DNA of 53,063 nucleotides, filler included, from Corallochytrium limacisporum Hawaii (lineage: Eukaryota; Protista; Pluriformea), in NCBI GenBank assembly GCA_002811645.1. It is 2 parts of 2 records of this genome, joined end to end, with 100 filler letters (N's around TTAATTAATTAA, not from the genome) between each part and the next. Parts side by side here need not be neighbours in the genome. Positions count along the whole stretch, not along the records: positions 1 to 26,339 come from PDIP01000179.1; positions 26,440 to 53,063 come from PDIP01000111.1. The stretch is one strand, 5' to 3'. Position 1 is the stretch's first letter. Each line of letters begins with the position of its first letter. Shown here piece after piece: positions 22,456 to 33,638 of the stretch. The notes under the pieces are model-generated. The model did not search any database, was not told where the DNA came from, and worked only from the letters and a program-made list of their open reading frames with translations. The position numbers were made by a program, and so were the translations under genes.

Positions 22456-23137
22456 TGATCCACGTCCCGACTGCGTATACACTGGTTCCCAATCCGTCGC
22501 TTGGCCATTGGACAATGCACTTTGGGCCCCGGCAACGGAGCACTGCCAAAACATGTTGTCCAATTCCAATCTCGTTAGACCCTGCTCGAGTGATGGCTAT
22601 GAGACATGGGGTGAGGGATGCCGGCCAAAATACGAGGACATGTGTTTGTGTGTGTTTGTAAGGGCGAGAGCTGTGGACCAAAGAGTCTGCAGAGCGACCA
22701 TTAGTACAAAAACACAGCTTTCAAGTTGACTTGCTGCGGAGACCAATTTAGTACGAATTATGTTTGTATTACGCAAATTGCCGTCGCATGTGCGGCGCTG
22801 GCCCAAAGTGGCTCAGGATATCGGAAAGGAATAGAGGAGCACGAGATGGGGAACGAGGGGTGTGCGGGACTGTTCAGAGCCTTCTTTGCAAGCGGCGGTA
22901 GTATTGTCTGATCAACGTGGACGCTAAGGTGCTATCCCACCATCACGGATGCTCTGTGACGGTTGTCTACATCGATGATGTTTCCGTGACATATTGAGGC
23001 ATGGGTAGCTTTCTGGGTGCATGCTCCACGGTTCGCAATAGATATTTAAGCGATCTGTGATCCTGTAGTTTGGCATTTCTGAGCAGACCATCAAAGATGT
23101 CCGCTATAAACAATAGTCATACCAGCAATCATCAACC

Positions 23138-23689
23138 ATGGTGTCTTCCCCTTCCATTGCAGCCGCAGACCTTGCCGCTCTGCCGGCGTCTTCTGATGAC
23201 CAGTGTGAAGGGTACGTCAAGATCTCTGTAAAAACGGTGTCGTGCTATTTGCCTGCGGAATGGACCGACAATATGGAGCTTGGGGGAGTCCTGCCCCCGA
23301 CGGCTGCTGTTTCCTTCAACGCGTTGAATGCCGAGTACTACATGCTGCCTGCGGGCTCCAAGCCCTTCGGGTCCGAACACATAACCTGGACACAGCTCGA
23401 TGCCTTTAACCCCGGTTGGTACGTGCTTCCTGGTCAGACATACGAGTTCGGCATGTATCTGTTCACCAACACTGCCAGCGGCAAAAACAGCAACGCGATA
23501 GCTCAGACGACAAACTTTACCGCTCCCTTGTCTGGAGGCCAAGAACAGGTCGTTGACTACACTGGTGACATTGACACCATTGGCGGCCATTGCCAATTGT
23601 TTTTGCATTTTGAATGCCGAGACGAGGACACGGATCCCATCGTGCCCTATCTGACGGATGCCGTAACTATTTCTTATCCGGGATCATAG
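23138..23689 (+). CDS. Hypothetical protein (acidic, aromatic-rich, probably beta-rich), no recognised family
   Basis: 183 aa ORF in normal-complexity DNA, CAACC-ATG-G start context like CCDC103 and dynamin, C/G-ending codon preference like neighbours. Confidence 0.7.
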   Translation: MVSSPSIAAADLAALPASSDDQCEGYVKISVKTVSCYLPAEWTDNMELGGVLPPTAAVSFNALNAEYYMLPAGSKPFGSEHITWTQLDAFNPGWYVLPGQTYEFGMYLFTNTASGKNSNAIAQTTNFTAPLSGGQEQVVDYTGDIDTIGGHCQLFLHFECRDEDTDPIVPYLTDAVTISYPGS

Positions 23690-24135
23690 ATTTGGACGAC
23701 ACCTTCCACGGTCTTGAGCATTTCTCTCTGCCGCTCGCGCTGTCTCGCTGTCAGCCATTCCCCCGGACCCTTCCGCTTTGGGTTTCCAACCCCCCATTGG
23801 ACTCTCTTCGCTTTTGTCCATTGTTACACCGGAAGTCCTTGAAAACAAATAAAGGTCCGCATCCCCGCCCAAGAGTCATCGATCAATATATTCCGCTAAA
23901 TATTTCTATATAGAATACACACACCGGTAGTTTCTATCACAAGGCTGGTGGCCTGGCTGCTGCCGGGGCGGACATGCGTAATTAGGCCCCCCCCCACACA
24001 CACACACACCGGGAGGCTCACCGGGCACTCGAGACTAAACCCGCGCCCACTTGGGCGTTCGTTAAACCCGCGTTTCTCCCCACGCGCAAACACGGGTTCT
24101 CCTAGGCACGACTTTCTTGTCACCTTTCTGGACGA

Positions 24136-25074
24136 TCAGGCGGCGATTGCTCCTTCTTCTTGACTGCGCCCGTTCTGCTGAGCCTGGCAGTGCCTTTCCA
24201 AGTCTTTCCCCAGGTTCCGGACAAAGACCCGGCCGAGCACTTCATGACCCTTTGTGGTTGGGTGGTAAGCGTCCCAGCGCAAGTGGATGCGCGGCACCGC
24301 GCAGGCCGTGGTGCCGTCGGGACTGACACATGGATCCGAAACGTTCAGGAAGCCGTATCTCTTTGGATGATTTACCATCTTTTTTGAAATTCCGGTGAGG
24401 TCCATGAAGAGAAACGGCCGAGTGATTCCGTCCTCAGCCATGCATTCGTTCATGGCCTTGTCGATGGCTTGCTGGGCGAAAAAGTTATACCTCCTGAAGA
24501 GGGTTGTCCATTCATCAGTGGGATCCGTCTGCAGAACATTTTGTGAAACGAGAATAACCATACGCGGTGCTAGAACCTTGCATGCGTACTTAGCAACCTC
24601 AATAGCCGAATGCGCAACCTGATGTGGGGTTGTCGTCGGATCAAAGAAGAAATTGTTTTCCCCCACGTACAGCGTCACAATCCGATCTTTCATGGCATTT
24701 TTTTCCTCTGGACTAAGACCCGCTAAGTAATCTTCGACCTGCTGTTTGGCCCCAGGGACGGCTACTGTGCCATTGTATGTGTAGCCTTGTACCAGGTTGT
24801 CATCCGTCGTTGCAGAGCCGTACGCCCTGACGTCTGCTTCGATTGACAGATCATCAGCTACGTACTCAGGCCATGTCGGACCGTTGCTAAAGCGGCCTTC
24901 CCAGTAGGGAGGGACGTAAGGCCATTCATGGTTTGTTAGATTGTAGACATTACCTGTGTCACTTAGAGAATCACCGAAGACAACTATATCCTTGAGGCCA
25001 TGGAGGTAGCTGTTGGTGCCGTCCATGTGGCAGTGACCATTTTCTGGACTTGCGAGCCCACGGGAATATCCCAT
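24136..25074 (-). CDS. GDSL/SGNH-family esterase/lipase
   Basis: 312 aa; block I FGDSLSDTGN, GRFSNGPTW, block II YGSATT, block III variant GENN, block V WDAYHPT. Confidence 0.92.
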   Translation of the reverse strand: MGYSRGLASPENGHCHMDGTNSYLHGLKDIVVFGDSLSDTGNVYNLTNHEWPYVPPYWEGRFSNGPTWPEYVADDLSIEADVRAYGSATTDDNLVQGYTYNGTVAVPGAKQQVEDYLAGLSPEEKNAMKDRIVTLYVGENNFFFDPTTTPHQVAHSAIEVAKYACKVLAPRMVILVSQNVLQTDPTDEWTTLFRRYNFFAQQAIDKAMNECMAEDGITRPFLFMDLTGISKKMVNHPKRYGFLNVSDPCVSPDGTTACAVPRIHLRWDAYHPTTKGHEVLGRVFVRNLGKDLERHCQAQQNGRSQEEGAIAA

Positions 25075-25734
25075 TCGATATCATCAGGTAAATGCATGGT
25101 TCGAAGTGACCAAGAAGTCTCTTTGTCTTTGGTTCTTTTGGTGGATTGGGAACCCTATGCTTTGGATGGGTTGCGCTTCGATCGTTCCTACTGCACAGTC
25201 TTCACATTCTCACAACACGGCCATCTTCATCGGAACGGCATCTTTGCTACGAGTGTGAGAATTGTGAAATACTTTGTCATTTACTAAACCATCCCGAGAA
25301 AGCAAGATGGTCGAAGGAGCACAGAAATATGATCATTCGGGAGAAGCCCACCTGCTCTGCGCTCAGTCATCAATCCGAAAGTCACCCTTGCTCGGCATCG
25401 CTGCCCAGCACAATTGTGACAGCCAAAGGCTCATGAACAAACCGAGCATGCGTCCATACTCTGAGCAAACCAAGTAGTATCCTGCTGCTGTCCGATACCC
25501 AGTCGAATGCCGTAATTTCTTGCCCAAACCATCCGCAGCAGCAAACAAACCCGTGCGCCCCGTGGTTTCTGCCAGGCCTTTACTTGAGCGGAGTCTTTCC
25601 CCTTCGGTCCCTCCCCCTGTACCCGCGACGCGGTTGGGGAGAAGGGGGGAGGAGGGGGGGGCACGGCACCAATGGCACTGGGGGCCCCATTGTACCAAAG
25701 TGCCCGGCCCGCACTTCCGAGCCTCTCCCTCTGG

Positions 25735-25754
25735 CCCCCCCCCGGGGGGGGGGG
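25735..25754. repeat. CnGn palindrome (C9G11)
   Basis: Read directly; upstream of the GDSL gene. Confidence 0.9.
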
Positions 25755-26281
25755 TGGACCACCGTAGCAAAAAAACACGAACGCGAGGGGCGCACTCCGA
25801 TGAAAAAATACAGGGCGGAAGTGGGGGACGGAGGAGAAGAAGGGGGGGGGGGGGGTAATAACTGAACAAGAAAAAGGGAAAAAATAGAATTTTTCTTCCC
25901 TGCGATGCGCCCAAGGGCCACTACACACTCACTCACTCACTCACAGACAGAGGGCAGTCCAGGCTCACATCGTCGATCCCATCCCAACGGGTAAGACCAA
26001 CACCTCTCACATCTGGGCTTGATGACGATGCCCGATGATGCCCGATGATAGATGATGATGATGCTGGTGCTGGTTCTTTTTTGATGCAGGTGTCTAAAAA
26101 TACTACATTTCATTTTTCTGTTTTCATGCCGTTGCTTTGAAAATACCCAAACTCTCTCCCAGTTTTTATTTTCTTTCCTTCGGCTTTTCTCGGCTTTACG
26201 TACCCCCACCACTGCCCCCGGCAAGAGCGGGTCTGCCGAGGCCCCCCCGGCCGCGCTTCTCCAGAGTCTCTCTCCCTCTCC

Positions 26282-26314
<33 letters not shown>

Positions 26315-26339
26315 GCGTTTGGGCCTTGTTATCACCCCC

Positions 26340-26439
26340 NNNNNNNNNNNNNNNNNNNNNNNNNNNNNNNNNNNNNNNNNNNNTTAATTAATTAANNNNN
26401 NNNNNNNNNNNNNNNNNNNNNNNNNNNNNNNNNNNNNNN
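26340..26439. other. Artificial 100-nt scaffold spacer: N44-TTAATTAATTAA-N44
   Basis: Symmetric Ns around a six-frame stop linker at 26384-26395. Confidence 0.97.
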
Positions 26440-27273
26440 AATAGTCCTTTTTTGAGAGTAGCAGGGACTCTTCGTTTGAATCAGCTATTTAAATATTTGT
26501 GCATGATTGTTAAAAAGAGCAAAATATAATGAAATAGAATAGAATCAATATAAGTTATTATACAATCAAGATTAAAAAAGATCCTCGGGAGTCTAGTTTT
26601 TCGGAGTTTTGACCCTGACATACCAGACAGAGGGTGGTACCTCGAATCTCTCTTCCACTATCCGTCTCCCCTGCTGCTTTGCCTTCCCCCAACGCCCCTA
26701 CTCCCCCTTTTAACTCCCTACCGACTTCCTTTTCGTCACCCTTCCGCCAGACCAACACCGTCCCCCGCTCACTTTGTGAAACACTGGCGGTGAATTGTAA
26801 GCCGGGAGGAGAAGGGGGGGGGGAGAGGCCCACCAACCCCCCTTTGCTGACTTTCTTGGTCGGCCCATGGTTTCTGGTCTCAGCCGGCCCCCCCCCTCCT
26901 CTGTTCTCCCCGGGAAGGTGGGCTCCTCTCAAAGGGGGGGGTCAATGCGTTCTTCGCGGAAGAGCGAACTACCCAGCGGTGGCTAACCATGGTCCGAAGT
27001 GACGGGTAGATGTGTACGGTTATTCACTTGAAAGATGACATGGGCATGCAGGCCATCGCGTTTACTGAGTGTTGCCTAATAGTTTTAAGAGAGTTAAAGG
27101 CTACGGTACACTGTATATAGAACACTTGGGTGCCTTTCCGGATCACCACCCCCCGGGGCCCACCCCCTTCCCTTTTCCGTGTTTGCCCTCCCTGATCGCT
27201 GTTCGCGCGCGCAGGTGGGGGACTCCAACGCCTCAGCTGGCCGTGTCTTTCACCATTGGCACAGTTCTTCTTT

Positions 27274-27276
<3 letters not shown>

Positions 27277-27348
<72 letters not shown>
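27277..27348. repeat. (CA)36 microsatellite
   Basis: Perfect dinucleotide run. Confidence 0.97.
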
Positions 27349-27351
<3 letters not shown>

Positions 27352-28824
27352 ACACCCCACACAGGGGCGTGATGACAAGAGCACCAGTAACCGAGGTGAC
27401 TTTACGCCCTCCCCCCTCCCTTGGCCCCTCCCCAGTGAGAATTGGGTGCCTGCCACTTTCATGCACAAATTCATTCTGCTATCTACGCAACTCAATCGAA
27501 AGCGGTTCCCCCCTCCCCCCCCCAAACCAACTACTATCGCGTTGTTCCCCATCCCTCACCTACTCACTCGTTTAGTGTGTGTAAATTGCTATATATTTAT
27601 ACTCTCTGCGTGGAGCAAAATACCTTTTTTTTTTAAACACGATTTTTTTTTTTTTGGTGTGGTGCGTGCCTCGGGAACGAGGAATTTGGCATCGGCTGCA
27701 GAGTGAGCGGCAAAATCACGAAAGTTTTCTATAGACATGCGCCCCTTGGGCTTTGAGTTCGGGTCCTGTGGTGTGGCAAGGGTTTTGGGTCATTTGTGGT
27801 CCGGGCTTGGGCACGGTCTTCCGCCCGCGGACTTTGAAAGCGTTCTACGTTGTGAAACACACACACACACACACACACACACGTCCTTGGCTATGACCGT
27901 GTCCGACGTAGCTTATGGAGAATGCAGGCAAAATGGAGGAAAGTACAATGAGGACGGAAAACATCTCAAGTGTGGTGTTTCCGAGCGTCATCCCGCGCCC
28001 TTCGAGGGCTGTCCGGTGGAGGTGTCCGAAACGGCTGCGTGCCCCTCCCCTGCCACGGTTGGATCTCGCTTTTACCCATGGCTCAGTATGGGGCCAGGGG
28101 AGGGCTGAGCAGACGGCTGACGGAACCGGTAGGAAACATAGGGCGGGTGATTCGGGAAGGGGGAGGGTGTTTTCCTTTTCGCGACGAGCGGCGTTTTGTG
28201 TGCGCGGGGTGGTGTGTGTTTGCTTTCTACATTCTGCTCCGGGGGGAATATCGGCAACACACACACCCGGAAATCGGGGGTGCAGCGGGAAAACAGAAGA
28301 TAACACGGAACGAATGTCGTCAATACGGGTCTCATCGGACTGCGAGCTTGACATGGTAGAGGAAGTAGTGTCTCAGGGCTTTGTCTTTGTCACGGTTGTG
28401 ACGATTAGTATCCGTGAGATGACCGGTGCTACTAGACCTCCACCAAGTGAATGGCTTTCACGGCTCACCGTCCAAAGCAGAACCTTGCAGAGGAATTGTA
28501 GCCCCGGAACCGATTCCATCGCATCCGTCAGAATAATCTACCATCTTCGCCCATGGCTACTACTACAATAGCATCTCCAAGTGTTCTTGTCCTCTATCCA
28601 TGCTTGCAATGCTCATTGTGGTCGCACCGAAGTCTATGGCCAATGGCATCTGAGGTAGGGAGGGTCCATCTTAGGTTGTGTGCACTGCTCCGATTCTTTC
28701 GCAGTAGTAAACACAGGGCTGCTGTTGTTGGAGGCCACCCCCTTTCTGGAGGAAGCTCTTCCCTTCCTTCCCAGAGAAGTGGGGAGGGTGGGCGATTTCG
28801 TAGTCAATATCCCTGGCCCACGGG

Positions 28825-28844
28825 CCCCCCCGGGGGGGGGGGGG
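28825..28844. repeat. CnGn palindrome (C7G13)
   Basis: Read directly; upstream of PDCL. Confidence 0.9.
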
Positions 28845-29170
28845 TGTGTATGAGGCCAAAGTTCTGAAGCTACCCTTCCTGCAAAAACACAGATCGGTGC
28901 GGTGCGAGGCCCCCCCCCCTCAAAGGGGGGCTTGGTGTTGGGCGCAGCGTTCCCCCCCTCCCTGTGGCTGTTCTTTCCGGTGCGTCTGTTTCCACCTGGC
29001 GCAAGCGTCAAGGCCATTTTCCAGCGCCTTTTGAGTTTCAGTTGTGCTCTGACGGGGAGGTATGAAAGTCATTGTTTGGTTCGTATGTGCTGCACGTGCA
29101 ACCTGACGACGAAGGCGCAGAGATCAAAGGGCTCGGGGAAGCTCTGGTCGCTCCATACAGAACTTCGAAT

Positions 29171-29830
29171 ATGTCTTCTGCTGGTTCTAACCATGGCGAC
29201 GACGCACCAGCTGTCATGAGAGAGATCATCGACAGTCGCCAATTTGGTGGCTCCAACACAGGTCCCAAAGGTGTGTTGACGGATGCAAAGTTGGCACAGT
29301 GGAAAGAGCAAAGGAACGCAGCAGCATATGAGCAACAGAAGATTGACTACGTCAAGGCTACAGCTGTGAACATTCGAGACGACAATAATGACGATCTCGA
29401 CGAGTTAGATCTAGAGGACGACGATGACTTTATGATACAGTACATGGAAAAGCGGCGAGCTGAAATGGCCGATGCAGCAGCCAAGGCTCATGCACTACAA
29501 AAAGTTGGTCCTGAACAGTACCTTCAACGAGTCGAAGAAGACAAGACCGGTAATCCAATTGTGGTGCACTTGTATGAAGAAGAACTGGAGTTGTGTCAGC
29601 GTATGAATGAGATCCTTAATGAGATTGCCAAAAAGAAACAGCACGTTCAATTTCTGGCCCTAGAAGCCCACGCGGCCAGCGATACCTTTAAGGGTACCGA
29701 CGACCTACCGACGCTGCTGGTTTATCAGCGCGGAGAACTTATCGGCAACATCGTCCGCGTTGTGGATCTCATTGGTCCCAATTTTGACACAAAGGAAGTC
29801 CTGGCCCTGCTGGCAGAAGCCAACGTCTGA
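29171..29830 (+). CDS. PDCL: Phosducin-like protein 1 (PhLP1)
   Basis: NTGPKGVLTD motif, acidic DDDDFMIQYMEKRRAEM helix, thioredoxin-like C-terminus (IVVHLY, LPTLLVYQRGELIGNIVRV); first ATG at 29171. Confidence 0.88.
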   Translation: MSSAGSNHGDDAPAVMREIIDSRQFGGSNTGPKGVLTDAKLAQWKEQRNAAAYEQQKIDYVKATAVNIRDDNNDDLDELDLEDDDDFMIQYMEKRRAEMADAAAKAHALQKVGPEQYLQRVEEDKTGNPIVVHLYEEELELCQRMNEILNEIAKKKQHVQFLALEAHAASDTFKGTDDLPTLLVYQRGELIGNIVRVVDLIGPNFDTKEVLALLAEANV

Positions 29831-30299
29831 AAGCATGAATACAATTCTAACTCTGAGATGCACGAGATGTGGACGAAACCCGTGGCCAGTCCTCCACGCC
29901 TTAGTAACGCTCTTGCCACCGGCCCAGCTGGTGGCCTCTGGCGCGCACAGGACTATAAATATATACGGAGCTCTGTAAAATACCCAGAATCCAAGCTCAA
30001 CCCTCTCCCCTCACCCACTAAGGGCCTCGGGCCTGCCAAGCTGCCGTAGTTTCGCTATGGCGGGGCGGCGGCCTGCGACACAGTTCTATCGAACTGTGTA
30101 CACAGCCACCCCAGTACCGTTGCCCGCTGAGGACGCGAATCGGGACCAATATTGATATACTAAATCCACTATGTTATGTTACGATCAATGCTTTCAGTAT
30201 TCATAGTGAGGAATGCAGTCATCCCGGGAATTATGAAAATGGTCACTATATGGAAGGGAAGTCGGGCGACCCACCCTCCGTGCCCAGTGGTTCCTCCCT

Positions 30300-30596
30300 C
30301 TGAGTGCCATGGAATCAATGCTGCACACTGCTCCAGTCAACATTCTGAAGTAAGTTGTGGGGCAATTTGCAAAGGTCCTGCCCCACGATGCGACCGCCCG
30401 TCGAGAATTTGTCACCAGTGGTGGCCTGCAGCGTATCCAAGAGATTCAAGCTGAACCCGGTTCCCAGTTGCGCGACTACATTGACACCATCAACCGCTGC
30501 TACCCCGAGGAGATTGTACGGTACTACTCTCCTGGTTATTCTTCAACCCTGCTGGAGAAGATTGACCAGTACAGCCCCGCAGTTCCTGCTCAGTAG
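30300..30596 (+). pseudogene. SPAG6: C-terminal remnant of SPAG6/PF16 (axonemal central-pair armadillo protein) with an in-frame stop
   Basis: Reads LSAMESMLHTAPVNILK*VVGQFAKVLPHDATARREFVTSGGLQRIQEIQAEPGSQLRDYIDTINRCYPEEIVRYYSPGYS, matching the SPAG6 C-terminus; TAA at 30351-30353; no upstream armadillo repeats before the PDCL stop. Confidence 0.85.
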
Positions 30597-31022
30597 GGAG
30601 AAATAAAGCAGAACCGTAGTTTGCAAGTACTTGTCCATGTTTGAATAAACGAGAATGGAGTGCAAGTGTGTGAACGACCAAAACATTTTATGAATGGAGA
30701 AAAACACCAATCTTTTAACGGAATACGAAAACAAAACGGTGTGCCTTACTACGAGCTTCATGGAAGTGTTCGAGTTTATATATAATCAACTTATCGTACA
30801 GGTCATGTCTGACTAATGATGCAGTTCGTGTGTGCAGTTGATGGGAAGGTCAACATGAGACCAGGCATGTCACGTGGAAAAAAATGCTCCATTTCCGTGC
30901 GTAAACATGTTGTTCCCCCGGGTGTCATGTGGTAACCGTGCTCGTATGGAAAATGTAGATAATGATGAAGATGATGATGGAATGGATGTTCTTGAATTTT
31001 TGGCCCATTTGGCTAAACCTCA

Positions 31023-32111
31023 CTATGCCGCAGACATGAGCTTGCGAGACAATTCGTAGTCCTCACCATTGACTCGGACGTAGTCAGCAACGGCGTCAGC
31101 ACTGTAGGCCGGACGGTCGAAGGCAGGCTTCTTGTAAGGGTAGCGGTTGCTAAAGGCAATAGCCATAGGCACAACCACGCAACCCAGAGCAACGCCCGCG
31201 ATACTGTCCCAAGCGTAGTGGAAACCGCCCCACATAGTAGCAAAGACCAAACCAGGTACCATGAAGATGTAGAGAATGGCTAGGGGCCGGTGGTACAGGA
31301 TGGCACAAAGCCACAGAGCCATGCTCACTGCACAGTGACTGGAGGGAGTTGCTGTTCCCTGTGATGATTCTCCGCTAACAATAGTATTGACCAGACGGGC
31401 AAAGAAGTAGCCGACATCGTCCGGATTTGGCGGTTGATATTCCCAGAAGGGCCCCTTGACCGGGTAGATCAGATACGTTACATAGCAGAGAAGATAGACC
31501 AGGACCAGGCTGGTGGCCGTGTTGTCGAACATTTCCCGGGGCCTAGTAAAGTAAATAATCAACCAGGTACCGCCAATGATGAAGTAGAACATGAAATAGC
31601 AGAAATACATGTACTCTCCAAAGATTTTCGATGGGATGTAGTCCCGCAAAACCGGCCCCAGACCATCATATGCATCAATTCCCAGGAGACGAGCATCGGC
31701 AAACTTCACCTGCCAGTCATTGTAAACGACTTGGTCGTTTGTGTACATGTGCCGAATGATAGCACCTTCCTCGGCGTAGAGGTAGGCGCACACCAGAACC
31801 GGATACATGTCAAGCATGTAACCGAAAATGTTACTGTTCAGAACCACGGGCTCTCCGGCCACGTAATATTTACGGATAGTCACCTTGGCCGGAAGGGCAC
31901 TGCCGGCAAAGTAATGCCTACCGTATACAACAAGGGGGAACAGTACAACGCGAATAAACACCCCCATCCAGATCACATCCGACGCTGAAGAAACACCAAT
32001 AAACTGGTGAGGAATGGTGCAGATCAGATACGCCCAGAGGAGGCGGTCGGCGGGTTTGAAGACCTGCCATGTGCTCAAAATAGCATTCATGGGCTTTGCA
32101 AGATAACGCAT
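31023..32111 (-). CDS. PAP2-superfamily integral membrane enzyme, Aur1/IPC-synthase-like
   Basis: Multiple TM segments; YPVKGP, ATPSSH and GFHYAWD catalytic-type motifs; first ATG at 32111 (frame open from GTG 32234). Confidence 0.82.
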   Translation of the reverse strand: MRYLAKPMNAILSTWQVFKPADRLLWAYLICTIPHQFIGVSSASDVIWMGVFIRVVLFPLVVYGRHYFAGSALPAKVTIRKYYVAGEPVVLNSNIFGYMLDMYPVLVCAYLYAEEGAIIRHMYTNDQVVYNDWQVKFADARLLGIDAYDGLGPVLRDYIPSKIFGEYMYFCYFMFYFIIGGTWLIIYFTRPREMFDNTATSLVLVYLLCYVTYLIYPVKGPFWEYQPPNPDDVGYFFARLVNTIVSGESSQGTATPSSHCAVSMALWLCAILYHRPLAILYIFMVPGLVFATMWGGFHYAWDSIAGVALGCVVVPMAIAFSNRYPYKKPAFDRPAYSADAVADYVRVNGEDYELSRKLMSAA

Positions 32112-33578
32112 GACTGCCTGAATGATGTGTTTCTGTGGACGTTCAGTAAAGAGGTTGCTCGTATTGTTCCGTATGACTTTGAACAACCAAAAATCCCGTT
32201 TCCCTTTGTAGTGTGCGTGTGTATAACTATTCACCTCTCACTAGCACTTCGCCCCTCATTTACTACCCAATAGTATAATCTGGTTTCTTTATCTCCTTAG
32301 AGTATTTTGGAATGGATGTGTTCGTAAGTGTCCGTGTTCGATGGGATTCCCGTGTATCCCGTTGGTCTGTGTGTGTGTGGGTTTCAAACCTCTATGGTAT
32401 GGAACTTCACTAGAGACCCGTTTCAGTGTGCATAACGATTAAACTTTCAAAGGAACACATATACACCGCAATGGATCCTCGAATACCTTGGCTTTTCACC
32501 CCGAACTGCCACAAAGCTGTGCCTCCGCTGTATGCCAGCAACCAATGACGCACCGCATTGGACACAAGCGGCATATTTCACGTTCCACTTGTCTGTTTTT
32601 CCTTGGCTTTTTACAATCATCTATTTATCTTGTTGCCTGTCGCTCCGTGACGACTCGACGGGGATTCCCCGATTTGAAAGACAAAGAAGCAGGCAACACG
32701 ACACGCACTGTGGATACCGACGCGGGACGAAAACCTTCTGGGTGGCTCTTCGACTGGGCCTCCCCCCGTTCGCACACACACACCCCACACCAACGCCCCG
32801 CGATTAATTAAGATAGAAAATAAAGGGGGGAGGGAGGGGAGGGGGGGGAGAAGAGAGAGACACAGACAGAGAGAGAGAGAGAGAGAGGGAGAGAGAACAC
32901 ACACACACACACGCGCCGGGGTTCCCCTCCTGCATTGTGGCCCCAGTTGACTCCATGCCTGCCCATCCTATAACCAGTAAACGTCAAACCTTCCCGCTTC
33001 TGCTCCCGTTTGATCTAATTTCTCCTACCCTTGTTTTTTCTTTCTTTCTTTTTTTCTTCCTCCTTTCTCCCGCAAACCGTTTTGCCCGCGGCCTGCCAAT
33101 TAAAAAATGTCTTTCTCGCGCGTGGCTGGTGCGGTTTTTTTCCTTTCACTTTGTGCCGGAGGATGGAAAGGAGGGAGGATGAGGGACGGAGGGGTATGTG
33201 TGTGTGTGTGTGTGTGTTCCGTCTCCTCCCCCTCCTTTCTCGTCTTCCCGCGGGGCCGATGCACTTTCTCATGATCTCTCTGTGACGATTTGTTTCCTTG
33301 TGCTCTCTCCGAGAGCGACTCTTTATAATATTTTTCCTTCGCTTTTCTCTGTCTGTTCCTTTCCCTTTTTTTTTTCCTTTTCCAAAACCTTCGCAGTCTC
33401 TCTCTCTCTCTCTCTTTCTTTATTCTGCGTGTGTGCCTCCTTCCGCGGTCGGTGGTGCGTCAAACAATTTTTTTTCCCTTTGGGCGGAAAAGGACACACG
33501 CAGTAGAGAGTTTCTGGAAAGTTAGACGGAATAGAGTGATAGAGGTTGACAAGAGCAGAAGAGGAGCAAGACCGAGCA

Positions 33579-33595
33579 AGAGAGAAAGAGAGAGA

Positions 33596-33636
<41 letters not shown>
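33579..33636. repeat. (GA)n microsatellite, slightly imperfect
   Basis: Read directly. Confidence 0.95.

Positions 33637-33638
<2 letters not shown>

Noticed and set aside
5456-29830. Functional clustering of CCT4 with its co-chaperone PhLP1
   Set aside because: About 22 kb apart with unrelated genes and an artificial join between them
30351-30353. TAA reassignment / alternative genetic code
   Set aside because: TAA ends several conserved genes at their expected C-termini and no other gene has internal stops
30350-30355. GTAAGT donor-like site overlapping the SPAG6 stop codon
   Set aside because: Protein similarity runs colinearly through the site, leaving no room for an intron
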